NCBI GenBank assembly: GCA_039208735.1
Contig: JBCCQY010000016.1
Span: 24,822 to 88,821 of the forward strand
DNA length: 64,000 nucleotides
Direction: 5' to 3'
Source of the DNA: Myxococcota bacterium
Lineage (GTDB): Bacteria > Myxococcota_A > UBA796 > GCA-2862545
Shown here in pieces: positions 9,580 to 18,338 of this stretch. Below the pieces are notes generated by a model. It was not told the DNA's origin and did not search any database. It saw nothing but the letters and a program-made list of their open reading frames with translations. The position numbers and the translations under genes were made by a program. How positions within the stretch are numbered: the stretch's first letter is position 1; every line of letters starts with the position of its first letter.

Positions 9580-12422
9580 CCCGGGTCTTCCGTCTCGACG
9601 TCAATGGCGACACGGTCGAAGTCGCCGCCCCCGCACACCACAGCCTGCTCGAGGTGCTTCGCTACACGTTGGGGCTCACGGGTTCGAAGCAGGGCTGCGA
9701 CAAAGGCGATTGCGGGGCGTGTACCGTGTTGGTCGATGGCGCCCCCACGCTTGCCTGCTGCACGCTCGCGATGGCGCACGAAGGACAGGCCATCACCACC
9801 ATCGAGGGGCTCGCCGATGGCGAAGGCCCCAGCGCGTTGCAGCGGGCCTTCGATGCCCATGGCGCCCTGCAATGCGGGTTCTGCCAACCCGGGATGATCC
9901 TGTCCGCCCAGGCCCTGCTCGATGAGCATCCCAACCCGACCTATGAACAGGTCGCGGATGCGCTATCGGGCAACCTTTGCCGCTGCACGGGCTACACCAA
10001 GATCATCGAAGCCGTGCTCGCCGCCGCCAAGCCCGACGCGGCCCGGCACGCCCCCATCGCCTACGGCGACGAGACGGAAGGGTTCAGCGTCATCGGTCGC
10101 CGCGGCCGTAAGGGCGATGCAATTGGCAAAGCCACCGGGGCCACCCAATACACCGACGACCTCACGTTTCCGCGGATGGCCCACGGCAAAATCCTGCGCA
10201 GCCCTCACGCGCACGCGCGCATCCGATCGATCGATGCGAGTGCCGCGGAAGCCATGCCCGGCGTGTATGCCGTCATCACCGGCGCGGACCTCCCCACGCC
10301 CTATTGCGTGATTCCCTGGACCCCTGACGAACACGCCCTGGCCATCGACAAGGTTCGCTACATCGGCGATGCCGTCGCCGCCGTCGCCGCGGCTGACGAA
10401 GACACCGCGAACGAGGCGCTCCGACGCATCGTCGTCGACTACGAGGTGCTCGAACCTGTGGTCGGTACGCGAGCCGCCCTCAAGGCCGATGCTCCACTGG
10501 TCCACGAGCACGATTGGAAGAACCGCCCGCGGTCCAACAACGTGTGCAAGCAGGTCGACCTCGCCTTTGGGGACGTGGACCAGGCGATTGCCGACGCGGC
10601 GGCCGTCGTCGAAGGGGACTGGCACTACCGAGGGTCGACCCACGCGCCGATCGAGCCCCACTGTGCGGTTGCCCTCATCGACGCTGACGGCCGACTCACG
10701 GTGTACTCGGCCACCCAGGTCATGCACTACCTCCACCGCGAACTCGCACGGGTGCTCGAGATGCCGGAGGCCGACATTCGCGTCGTCCAGCCCACGATCG
10801 GTGGGGCCTTTGGCGGCAAGTCCGAGCCCTTCGACCTCGAATTCTGCACCGCACTGCTCGCCAAGCGAACGGGGCGTCCCGTCAAGATCCTCTACACCCG
10901 CGAAGAGGTCTTCTACGCGCATCGCGGTCGCCATCCGATGGACTTTCACTTCCGAATTGCCGCCGATGCGGACGGAAAGGTCACCGCCGTCGACAACGAC
11001 ATTGTGTTGGACGGGGGCGCGTACCACTCGTTCGGACTTGTGACGACCTACTACGCGGGCCAGCTGCTGCCTGGGCCCCTGCGGTTCGGCACGTACCGGT
11101 TCTCCTCACGCCGGGTGTACACCAACACGCCGTGTTGTGGTCCAAAGCGCGGCCACGGCTCCGTCCAGCCACGATTTCCGCTCGAGACAGCGCTCGATGA
11201 ACTCGCCGAAAAGCTGCAGCTCGACCCCATCGAAATCCGACGCCGGAACGCGATGGACGCGGGCGAGACGACCATCAATGGCCAGTTCGTCCCGAGCTGT
11301 GGCATCCGCGAATGTCTCGACGCCGTGGAAGCGGCGAGCGGCTGGCGAGACCGCAGGGGCCAGCTTCCCTACGGCCAAGGCCTCGGGGTCGCGACGAGCA
11401 TGTACATCAGCGGGACGGCCTACCCGATCTATCCAAATGAGATGCCCCAGTCGGGCGTTCAAATCCTGGCCGACCGCAGTGGTCGCCTCACCGTGTTCTC
11501 GGGAACCAACGACATCGGCCAGGGCAGCAACGGCATGCTGGCCTACGTGGTGGCCGAAGAGACCGGTGTGGCGCCCGATGACATCCGCATCGTTACCGGC
11601 GATACCGACCTTACCCCCGTCGACCTCGGGTCCTACTCGTCGCGCGTGACCTACATGGCGGGCCTCGCGGCGCAGCAGGCCGGGCGGGCCCTTCGCGATG
11701 TGCTCGTGCGCACCATGGCGGACGAGTGGGGGTGCGACCCTGAAGACGTGATGGTGGGAATCGGCCGCTACCGCCACCGCACCGGCGAAGTCGAAGTCGA
11801 CGTGCGGCAGGTGCTTCAGCTCGCCGAAGCCCGGCTCGGGCGTCCGCTCTCGATGAGCGGCGGCTTCACTGTGAAAGAGAAGCTCGGTGGCGACTATCGG
11901 GGAGGCAGCATCGGCGCGTCCCCCGCCTACAGCGCCACCGCCCACGTCGCAGAGGTCGAGGTCGATGCCGACACCGGCCGAGTCGTCGTGCACCGCATCT
12001 GGGCCGCGCACGACTGTGGACGGGCCCTCAACCCGGTGATGGTGGAAGGGCAGATCGAAGGGTCGGTCTACATGGGCATGAGCGAAGCGGTGTTCGAAGA
12101 CATGGCCTACTACTCGGGCATGGAAGACCGACGCCGGGCGCCTGACGGGCCCGACCGCACCCGAGGCCTGCACCTCGGCCCGAACCTGCTCGACTACCGG
12201 CTTGCCACTTCGCTCGACACCCCACGCATCGCGTCGTCCATCGTCGAGTCGATCGACCCGGGGGGGCCTTACGGGGCCAAAGAGGCGGGAGAGGGGCCCT
12301 TGCACCCTGCGATACCCGCCATCGCGAACGCCATTTACGACGCGGTAGGCGTGCGCCTGCGTACCATGCCTTTCAGTCCTGAACGGCTCCGTGCGGCCAT
12401 CGTCGAAAAGGGAGGTCGCTGA
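9576..12422 (+). CDS. Xanthine oxidase-family molybdoenzyme: 2x[2Fe-2S] subunit fused to the Mo-binding subunit, 4-hydroxybenzoyl-CoA reductase HcrC+HcrA-like
   Basis: GCDKGDCGAC, QCGFC and CRC Fe-S motifs; GGAFGGK, DIGQGS, GSYSSRVT, GAKEAGEG. RVYTNTPCCGPKRGHG resembles HcrA as I recall it. Confidence 0.88.
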   Translation: MTRVFRLDVNGDTVEVAAPAHHSLLEVLRYTLGLTGSKQGCDKGDCGACTVLVDGAPTLACCTLAMAHEGQAITTIEGLADGEGPSALQRAFDAHGALQCGFCQPGMILSAQALLDEHPNPTYEQVADALSGNLCRCTGYTKIIEAVLAAAKPDAARHAPIAYGDETEGFSVIGRRGRKGDAIGKATGATQYTDDLTFPRMAHGKILRSPHAHARIRSIDASAAEAMPGVYAVITGADLPTPYCVIPWTPDEHALAIDKVRYIGDAVAAVAAADEDTANEALRRIVVDYEVLEPVVGTRAALKADAPLVHEHDWKNRPRSNNVCKQVDLAFGDVDQAIADAAAVVEGDWHYRGSTHAPIEPHCAVALIDADGRLTVYSATQVMHYLHRELARVLEMPEADIRVVQPTIGGAFGGKSEPFDLEFCTALLAKRTGRPVKILYTREEVFYAHRGRHPMDFHFRIAADADGKVTAVDNDIVLDGGAYHSFGLVTTYYAGQLLPGPLRFGTYRFSSRRVYTNTPCCGPKRGHGSVQPRFPLETALDELAEKLQLDPIEIRRRNAMDAGETTINGQFVPSCGIRECLDAVEAASGWRDRRGQLPYGQGLGVATSMYISGTAYPIYPNEMPQSGVQILADRSGRLTVFSGTNDIGQGSNGMLAYVVAEETGVAPDDIRIVTGDTDLTPVDLGSYSSRVTYMAGLAAQQAGRALRDVLVRTMADEWGCDPEDVMVGIGRYRHRTGEVEVDVRQVLQLAEARLGRPLSMSGGFTVKEKLGGDYRGGSIGASPAYSATAHVAEVEVDADTGRVVVHRIWAAHDCGRALNPVMVEGQIEGSVYMGMSEAVFEDMAYYSGMEDRRRAPDGPDRTRGLHLGPNLLDYRLATSLDTPRIASSIVESIDPGGPYGAKEAGEGPLHPAIPAIANAIYDAVGVRLRTMPFSPERLRAAIVEKGGR

Positions 12423-13408
12423 TGCTCCGCATGCCGGCCTTCGATGTGTTGCGACCCACCTCGGTCGACGAGGCGGTGGCCCTCCGCCGCCAGCACCCGG
12501 CTTCGCGCTACGTCGCAGGCGGGACCGACCTGCTGCCAAACCTCAAGCACGGCCTGGACGCCCCGACCCATCTGGTCTCGCTGTCGCATGTCGAAGGCCT
12601 TGCGCAGATCACGGCCACCGACGAGGCGATTCGTATCGGAGCCCGCACCACGATTCACACCCTGGCCACCGATCCGATCGTCCAGACCGAGCTGCCTGGC
12701 CTGGCCCAAGCGGCGTCGACCATCGCAGGCCCTCAGCACCGGCGGATGGGGACTCTCGGCGGCAATGTGCTGCTCGACACACGGTGCCTCTTCTACAATC
12801 AGACCGAGGCCTGGCGCACCGCGGTGGGGTTTTGCCTGAAGAAGGACGGCCAGTGGTGCCACGTCATCGGCAGCCCCAAGGCCTGCGTCGCGGCGCAGAG
12901 TTCCGATTCGGTGCCCATGCTCATCGCACTCGGCGCAACGGTCCACTTCGCGACCCCCGATGGCCCCGCTGAAATCGAGCTGTCTAGCCTTTTTACGACG
13001 GACGGACGCCGCGAGTCGCACCGGACGGTGCCCGCCGAAGCCCTCCTCACCGAGGTCGTCGTCCCGCGTCCCCGGCCGGGCCACCGCAGTGTGTACCGCA
13101 AGGTCCGCGCCCGCAATGCGGTGGACTATCCCCAGCTGTCGGTTGCATTTGCGGGCACCTTTGACGGAACCACGTGTCAGTCCCTTCGCGTCGTGCTGGG
13201 CGCCATGCTGCCGCAGCCGAAGGTCTTGAAGGGGTCCGAGACCTTGGTGGGCACGGAAATCACGGACGAGGCCGCAACCGCCTTCGCGGAACGCGCCTTC
13301 AAACAAGCGCGGCCCCAGCCCCAAATCCACGGCGATCCTGAATGGCGACGACATTTGGCGAGAGTCGAAACGTATCGAGGGCTTTTGGAGCTACGTCCCG
13401 CTAGCTAG
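12422..13408 (+). CDS. FAD-binding subunit with [4Fe-4S] insertion, HcrB-like
   Basis: AGGTDL and GTLGGN FAD motifs; C-X15-C-X7-C-X8-C insertion; TGATG overlap with the upstream gene. Confidence 0.88.
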   Translation: MLRMPAFDVLRPTSVDEAVALRRQHPASRYVAGGTDLLPNLKHGLDAPTHLVSLSHVEGLAQITATDEAIRIGARTTIHTLATDPIVQTELPGLAQAASTIAGPQHRRMGTLGGNVLLDTRCLFYNQTEAWRTAVGFCLKKDGQWCHVIGSPKACVAAQSSDSVPMLIALGATVHFATPDGPAEIELSSLFTTDGRRESHRTVPAEALLTEVVVPRPRPGHRSVYRKVRARNAVDYPQLSVAFAGTFDGTTCQSLRVVLGAMLPQPKVLKGSETLVGTEITDEAATAFAERAFKQARPQPQIHGDPEWRRHLARVETYRGLLELRPAS

Positions 13409-13425
13409 TCGGCAGGAGTCGATGC

Positions 13426-14034
13426 ATGACCAAGCGCCGAGATGCCGGGCGTGCCAGAGGGCAGCCGATCGAAAATGCGATTCTCCTGACGGCCCTTGAG
13501 GATCTGGCGACTCACGGTCTCGAGGGCTTAAACATCCCTCGCATCGCGGCCAAGGCGCAGGTCAACAAGACGAGCATCTATCGGCGATGGGCGACCCGTG
13601 AAGACTTGGCCCGCGCCGCGTTGGAAGCCGCGCTGGCGGCACAAAGCACAGAGCTGCGAGACACCGGTTCCCTTCGCGGTGACCTCGAGCTTCTCGTTGG
13701 AATGCTGGCGAAACGTCTCTCGACGCCGTCTGGCCGAGCCCTCGCCCGCGTCGCCTTGTCCGAGGCCTCCTCAGAGCAGTTCGTGACCCTTTCCGGGGCC
13801 ATTCTCGAGCGTGAACTCGAAGAGGGGGCCGCCCTCGTGCGGCGAGCCGTTCAACGTGGGGAGTGGGATCTCGCAAAACATGCCCCAGATGCTCTATTCG
13901 CGATGGTGTCGGGCGGGGTGATGCATCGCCTCATGCTCGAGAGACGTCCGATTACGCCAGAGTGGACCTCCACGATCGTCGACGTCCTCGTGCGCGGGCT
14001 TCAGGTCCACCGAGTCGTCCCATCACGCGAGTAG
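13426..14034 (+). CDS. TetR/AcrR family transcriptional regulator
   Basis: HTH IPRIAAKAQVNKTSIYRRWATREDL; DTGSLRGDL at the start of the C-terminal domain. Confidence 0.92.
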   Translation: MTKRRDAGRARGQPIENAILLTALEDLATHGLEGLNIPRIAAKAQVNKTSIYRRWATREDLARAALEAALAAQSTELRDTGSLRGDLELLVGMLAKRLSTPSGRALARVALSEASSEQFVTLSGAILERELEEGAALVRRAVQRGEWDLAKHAPDALFAMVSGGVMHRLMLERRPITPEWTSTIVDVLVRGLQVHRVVPSRE

Positions 14035-14052
14035 CCGACCATCGCGGCTCGA

Positions 14053-14550
14053 TCACCGCGCAAACACGTCGCCCACGCGGTAACTGTTGAGCCCGTGGTT
14101 GTGGACATGAAGGAACGCGGGACCTTCCAAGTTGCGCGGGGCCCGACCGAAAAGGTCATACCGACCCGAAGCAGTCGGGATGGCGGCTGACCACTCGACG
14201 ACGACGTCGGGGCCGATGGCGAGTTCCACCACGGCCGTTGCGGGCAAGGGCGCCCATAAGTCTTGGTGGAAGAGCTCCACCTCGAGCTGCGCTCCACGGT
14301 TTAGGGAGTCCGGAATGGGCTGCGTCCAGGTCCCCCACGAACAACCTTCCATCGAGACTTCAAAGTATCCCTCCTCTTCGAAGAAACTGCTCTGCGAGCA
14401 GTCCGCATCCGGGGGGGCCTCGAGTGCCCAAGGGTCACTTCGGTCGGTGACGATCACCCAATTCGCAGCATCAAGCACGCGGACCGGTTCGCCTTGCGCG
14501 CATGCGCCAATCCAAAAAACCAAGGGTAGACCGAGGTTGATGTGGCTCAT
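14053..14550 (-). CDS. Hypothetical lipoprotein with a His-rich C-terminal motif (HVHNHG)
   Basis: Lipobox-like WIGAC; ATGA overlap with the di-heme gene stop; two further Cys; FHQDL and LHVHNHG motifs. Confidence 0.75.
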   Translation of the reverse strand: MSHINLGLPLVFWIGACAQGEPVRVLDAANWVIVTDRSDPWALEAPPDADCSQSSFFEEEGYFEVSMEGCSWGTWTQPIPDSLNRGAQLEVELFHQDLWAPLPATAVVELAIGPDVVVEWSAAIPTASGRYDLFGRAPRNLEGPAFLHVHNHGLNSYRVGDVFAR

Positions 14551-15656
14551 GGGACCTCTTCGGGATCCGAGAATCTCGGATCGGTCGTAAATCGAGTATC
14601 CGTGAGTGTTTCGAGGAAGGCGACGACGTCCTCCAGCTCCTGCTCCGTGATGGGAAACCCTCGAACAAGAGCCGACTTGAGCGGGTTCAGCCTTCCATCT
14701 CCCGCGTGGGGGCCATCCTCCACGAAACGGCCCCCGTTCGCGTAGTGCAACACCGCTTCGCGGAGTGTGGGAATGCTGCCGTCATGCATATACGGCGCCG
14801 TCAACGCTACGTTTCTCAGACTTGGGACGCGATACCGCCCCCGGTCATCGAAGTCTCCCGTGACCTCGAACAACCCCTGGTCATGGGCGGGATAGCTCCC
14901 GCTGCCGTCGACGTTGTACAGCCCGGTGTTGTGAAACTCAGGCGGGATGGGTTCGGCATTTGAGGACACGTCCCGGTACGACGTTGTAAGAAGCGTTCCG
15001 GTGTGGCAATGAAAGCATTCCATCGGATGTCCATTGAAGAGGCTGAAGCCCCTTTGGGCCGATTCCGAAATGGCATCGGTGTCGCCTGCGATGAACCGGT
15101 CGTAGGGGCTGTCAAACGAGACCATCGACCGAAGACACGACGCCAGGCTGTTGACGATCATCGGTGTCGAGATCCCCTCTCGCCTGGCGGATGGAAAGGC
15201 TTCCTCGAAGCGCCCCATCATCTCGGGATCGTCCTCGAGAAGGCTAAGAATGCGCTGTTCGTTACCATCGTTCATCCCGAGTTCGATGGGCTCTTGGGAA
15301 CGAAGCGGGACGTGGATCTGCTGCTCTAGGTCGACAAGCCCCGGGTGCGCCCACGTGAGCGACCGAGCCCAGGCGACATTCGCAAGCCCCTGGCTGTTCC
15401 GAGGAATGGCATCACCCGTCGATCCCACGGGCCGCCCCTGTCCGTCGGCGAACGCCAACTCCTGAACGTGGCAGGACGCACACGACTGGGTGCCGTTGCC
15501 CGACAGTCGCTCGTCGTAGAAGAGCCACCGACCAAGTTCGATGCTGGCTTCGGTCGGGAGGTTGGCTTCAGGAATAGCGGGCGTTTCAATATGCTCGGGG
15601 ACCTGGAGTACTTCCCGTACCGATGCGCTCTCGCACCCAAGGAGGAAGAACCACAT
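14547..15656 (-). CDS. mbnH: MbnH-like di-heme enzyme (MauG/bCcP superfamily), lipoprotein
   Basis: Two CxxCH (CASCH, CFHCH); LGRWLFYDERLS, LTWAHP, NTGLYN and VPSLRNVALTAPYMHDG; lipobox LLGC; directly follows the MbnP-like gene. Confidence 0.88.
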   Translation of the reverse strand: MWFFLLGCESASVREVLQVPEHIETPAIPEANLPTEASIELGRWLFYDERLSGNGTQSCASCHVQELAFADGQGRPVGSTGDAIPRNSQGLANVAWARSLTWAHPGLVDLEQQIHVPLRSQEPIELGMNDGNEQRILSLLEDDPEMMGRFEEAFPSARREGISTPMIVNSLASCLRSMVSFDSPYDRFIAGDTDAISESAQRGFSLFNGHPMECFHCHTGTLLTTSYRDVSSNAEPIPPEFHNTGLYNVDGSGSYPAHDQGLFEVTGDFDDRGRYRVPSLRNVALTAPYMHDGSIPTLREAVLHYANGGRFVEDGPHAGDGRLNPLKSALVRGFPITEQELEDVVAFLETLTDTRFTTDPRFSDPEEVP

Positions 15657-16582
15657 CAAGGAACCCGAAACACACGGTTGGATGAGACTGATGCATCGCC
15701 CTGCGAATCAATTCCCAATGCATCGAACACGGGCCCACAGTGAGGCTGGAGGGGGGCACTATGGCACTCGACTCCGGTCTGCTCTCCAATCACCTCGAAG
15801 GTCGACGCGTCGTAGACTGGGGCTCGGAAGTCAATCCCTTCGAGCAGCGTGGTCAAATCGACCTCGACGGTGTCCATCGCAGGGTCGAAATCCAGCTCGA
15901 CGCGAGGGGTATTGACGAACCCGCATCGGTCCTGGCCTTGCAGCGCATTCGCCCCAGGCGCTGCACAATCCCGACTTCCGACGTGGATGTAGCCTTCGCC
16001 GCTGCCCTCTGGGCCATCTACGGCGAAGTTCCACACAAAGTGCCGATAGCCACTCGCCCACGACCAGTACATCTGATTGAGGGGAGCCGGCGCGCCTTCG
16101 AGGCTGTAGTTCGCGATGACCTCCTGCATGACGGCCTGCGGGACGCCCACCGAAAAGCGGACCGAGCGAACCTGATCAATCGCGGTCGTCCCCGTCACGA
16201 TCCCATCGACTTCGGGGGTCCCTTCGGCAAAGGTGATGCCGTCCTGCATACAGGTGCCGCTCTCGGTCCCGGTAAGATCAACAAGAGCGACATCACCCCA
16301 CCGATCGGGACGCTGAAAGGGTCCTTCGTCGAACGTATGAGGAAGGACCTCGCCCGCGTCGTCGAGAAACTCCAGGTCGCTTACGTAAAAGCGAAGATCC
16401 GCGATCCGAACGGTGTATGCGCCATCTGGGCCAACGGACTCGAGCGGCACGTCGCACCCGACCCGTTGCCCATCGTGTACCGATACGAACTCGATGCCGA
16501 ACGCCTCGTCATCGGCACAGCCGATCGACAGTGCAGTAAGAAGCCAAAGATACGGAGCATGAGTCAAACGGCGGTGGTTCAT
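15656..16582 (-). CDS. mbnP: MbnP-like WxW copper-binding protein, lipoprotein
   Basis: DLRFYVS, FSVGVP, MYWSWASGYRH (WxW), HVGSRDC and paired Cys; lipobox LSIGC; GGAGG upstream of ATG 16582. Confidence 0.85.
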   Translation of the reverse strand: MNHRRLTHAPYLWLLTALSIGCADDEAFGIEFVSVHDGQRVGCDVPLESVGPDGAYTVRIADLRFYVSDLEFLDDAGEVLPHTFDEGPFQRPDRWGDVALVDLTGTESGTCMQDGITFAEGTPEVDGIVTGTTAIDQVRSVRFSVGVPQAVMQEVIANYSLEGAPAPLNQMYWSWASGYRHFVWNFAVDGPEGSGEGYIHVGSRDCAAPGANALQGQDRCGFVNTPRVELDFDPAMDTVEVDLTTLLEGIDFRAPVYDASTFEVIGEQTGVECHSAPLQPHCGPVFDALGIDSQGDASVSSNRVFRVP

Positions 16583-16595
16583 GAAATCCTCCGAA

Positions 16596-18251
16596 TCAGT
16601 TGGATGCATCGATGTGGAAGCCGCCGGCGTAGAGGACCTCAGCCTGGCCGAGATCGGAGGTCACCGTCGTTTTCCCGTCGAACGTTCCGAACACCGCAGT
16701 TCCGGAGGGTGAGCCCGTCCAGTCGGATTCCACGACGAGGTTTCCAAAGTCGACCGTGAGCACGCCACCATTGGGATCGCCGGAGAGCGTGATGGGCTTA
16801 GGGTCAGGACCGAAGAAGGCCGTCAGCGCACCCTGCAGCGTACAAGCCCCCATGCCGGTCACTGCAGGCGAATCCCCTGAATTCGTCAGTGTCCCAAGGC
16901 AGCCGTCCTCGATGAACGTGCCTGCAGCTTCGGAGGCGAAGTTCAGCTGGAAGCCGCCAGAGGGCAACGTGGTCGGGTCAACGGGCTCAGCCTGGAGCGG
17001 GTTTACGTCTTCCTCGAGCTGGCGAACCAGCGTGAAGAAAACGCACATCTCCTCATCCGTGCGCTCACCGAAGCGGGTGTCCACCGGTTTGCCAGTAATC
17101 TCTGGGTTGGATGAGGAGTTATTCCAAACGCACGTGTACTCCATGCGGTCGTCAGGACTCAATGCCAGCGGCTCGGAAAACTGGTAGGTGAGCTGGTTGT
17201 CGAAGTCGTAAGCACCGTCGACAACGCAGATGTCTGTTCCATCGGGGCGAAGGACACGGGCGTAGAACCGGTCGCCGAGCGTGTGCATGTGTGGGAAGAC
17301 GCCGAGGATCTCTTCCTCGACGCGCGGTGAATAGACGCCGCTCTCGGCGTGCTCGGCGTCGCCCGCAGGAATCAGGAACTCGGCGACGCCGGCTTGCTTG
17401 GTCTGCGCCAGCGTGCCGACCGAAGGTGCGGTGCGAAAGGCGTAGCCGGATTGATCAGCCACCCCCTCGGAACCTGGGCTCTGAAAGTAGTGAATCTGAA
17501 GGACCAGGACCTGATCTTCCCGCACCCGCACGCCGGTGTCCGGTGGAAGCTCGACGGGAAGCATCCCTGGGGCCCAGGCCACCACGGTGTCTCCATTCGC
17601 CTCGACCGTGGCCCCGCCCATGCAGTTGTAGCCAGTGGGCGCCCGTTCTTCGGGCGTCAGTTCGCTTCGATCCTTCACCAGCAACACGGCGTGGTGGAGG
17701 ATGGACGTTTGGTCAACGATGGGCGCCATGGCCGTGAGATAAAAGTCGGCGTCATGGTGGGATTCCAGGACGAAGCACCGATACTCGTTGTCCACATTTT
17801 CCGGATCCGCGTACACGGGCGTATACGGCGCGGGAATGCGAAGCTCCAAGTCGGGACTGTCGAGCTCTCCGGACTGAGGTTCAACCGGCCTGGAGTCAGC
17901 CGGGTCGCCGAGAACCGCGCCACCTTCGACCCACGCAGCAAGGATGTCCCGTTCTTCGAAATCGAGACTCATCGCGTCGGCCCCCAGGTACTCCCGACAC
18001 GAGGGGTCCGAGGTGGGCGGAGGCATGCGGCCCGCATCGATCGCCGACAGCATCAAGGACGCAAAGTCGACCGCCTGCTCGGGGTCCGTGAAGTCCCCTA
18101 CGCCAAGTCCGTCTGCATTGTGACACCGCATACAGTGCTGCGCGACGATGGGCTCGGCGTCCGCGTACCAGGTGACCTCGCCGGACGGCTCCCCTCCGCT
18201 GCAACCTAAGGCCCCCCACGCGAGCGCCATCGCCAAAGTCATCCTTCGCAT
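16596..18251 (-). CDS. Copper type II (PHM/dopamine beta-hydroxylase-like) monooxygenase with N-terminal c-type heme domain, lipoprotein
   Basis: Lipobox WGALGC; CMRCH and GRMPP (heme c); YRCF, ILHHAV and LQIHY (CuH); FPHMH and DEEMC (CuM); GGAGG upstream of ATG 18251. Confidence 0.87.
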   Translation of the reverse strand: MRRMTLAMALAWGALGCSGGEPSGEVTWYADAEPIVAQHCMRCHNADGLGVGDFTDPEQAVDFASLMLSAIDAGRMPPPTSDPSCREYLGADAMSLDFEERDILAAWVEGGAVLGDPADSRPVEPQSGELDSPDLELRIPAPYTPVYADPENVDNEYRCFVLESHHDADFYLTAMAPIVDQTSILHHAVLLVKDRSELTPEERAPTGYNCMGGATVEANGDTVVAWAPGMLPVELPPDTGVRVREDQVLVLQIHYFQSPGSEGVADQSGYAFRTAPSVGTLAQTKQAGVAEFLIPAGDAEHAESGVYSPRVEEEILGVFPHMHTLGDRFYARVLRPDGTDICVVDGAYDFDNQLTYQFSEPLALSPDDRMEYTCVWNNSSSNPEITGKPVDTRFGERTDEEMCVFFTLVRQLEEDVNPLQAEPVDPTTLPSGGFQLNFASEAAGTFIEDGCLGTLTNSGDSPAVTGMGACTLQGALTAFFGPDPKPITLSGDPNGGVLTVDFGNLVVESDWTGSPSGTAVFGTFDGKTTVTSDLGQAEVLYAGGFHIDASN

Positions 18252-18292
18252 CTGCTGGTCCTCCCTTGGCGAGCCTGGCTCGCCTCGACATG

Positions 18293-18321
18293 ACCCTACT
18301 GGGGCCGAACCCTCTTTGCAA
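18293..18321 (-). promoter_or_regulatory. Putative sigma70-type promoter of the monooxygenase operon (TTGCAA-N17-TAGGGT)
   Basis: On the minus strand, -35 TTGCAA at 18321-18316, a 17-nt spacer and -10 TAGGGT at 18298-18293, about 40 nt upstream of the ATG. Confidence 0.5.
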
Positions 18322-18338
18322 CTCAGAGTTGCAAAGAG
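18312..18338. promoter_or_regulatory. Perfect 27-bp palindrome, probable repressor operator
   Basis: CTCTTTGCAACTC-A-GAGTTGCAAAGAG in a divergent intergenic region; overlaps the putative -35. Confidence 0.75.

Noticed and set aside
14547..16582. Methanobactin biosynthetic cluster
   Set aside because: No mbnA precursor, mbnB/mbnC or TonB-dependent receptor is present in the window.
18268..18284. Second palindrome GGCGAGCC-T-GGCTCGCC in the monooxygenase leader
   Set aside because: It is short and GC-rich; it could be a 5' UTR stem but is not distinguishable from chance.
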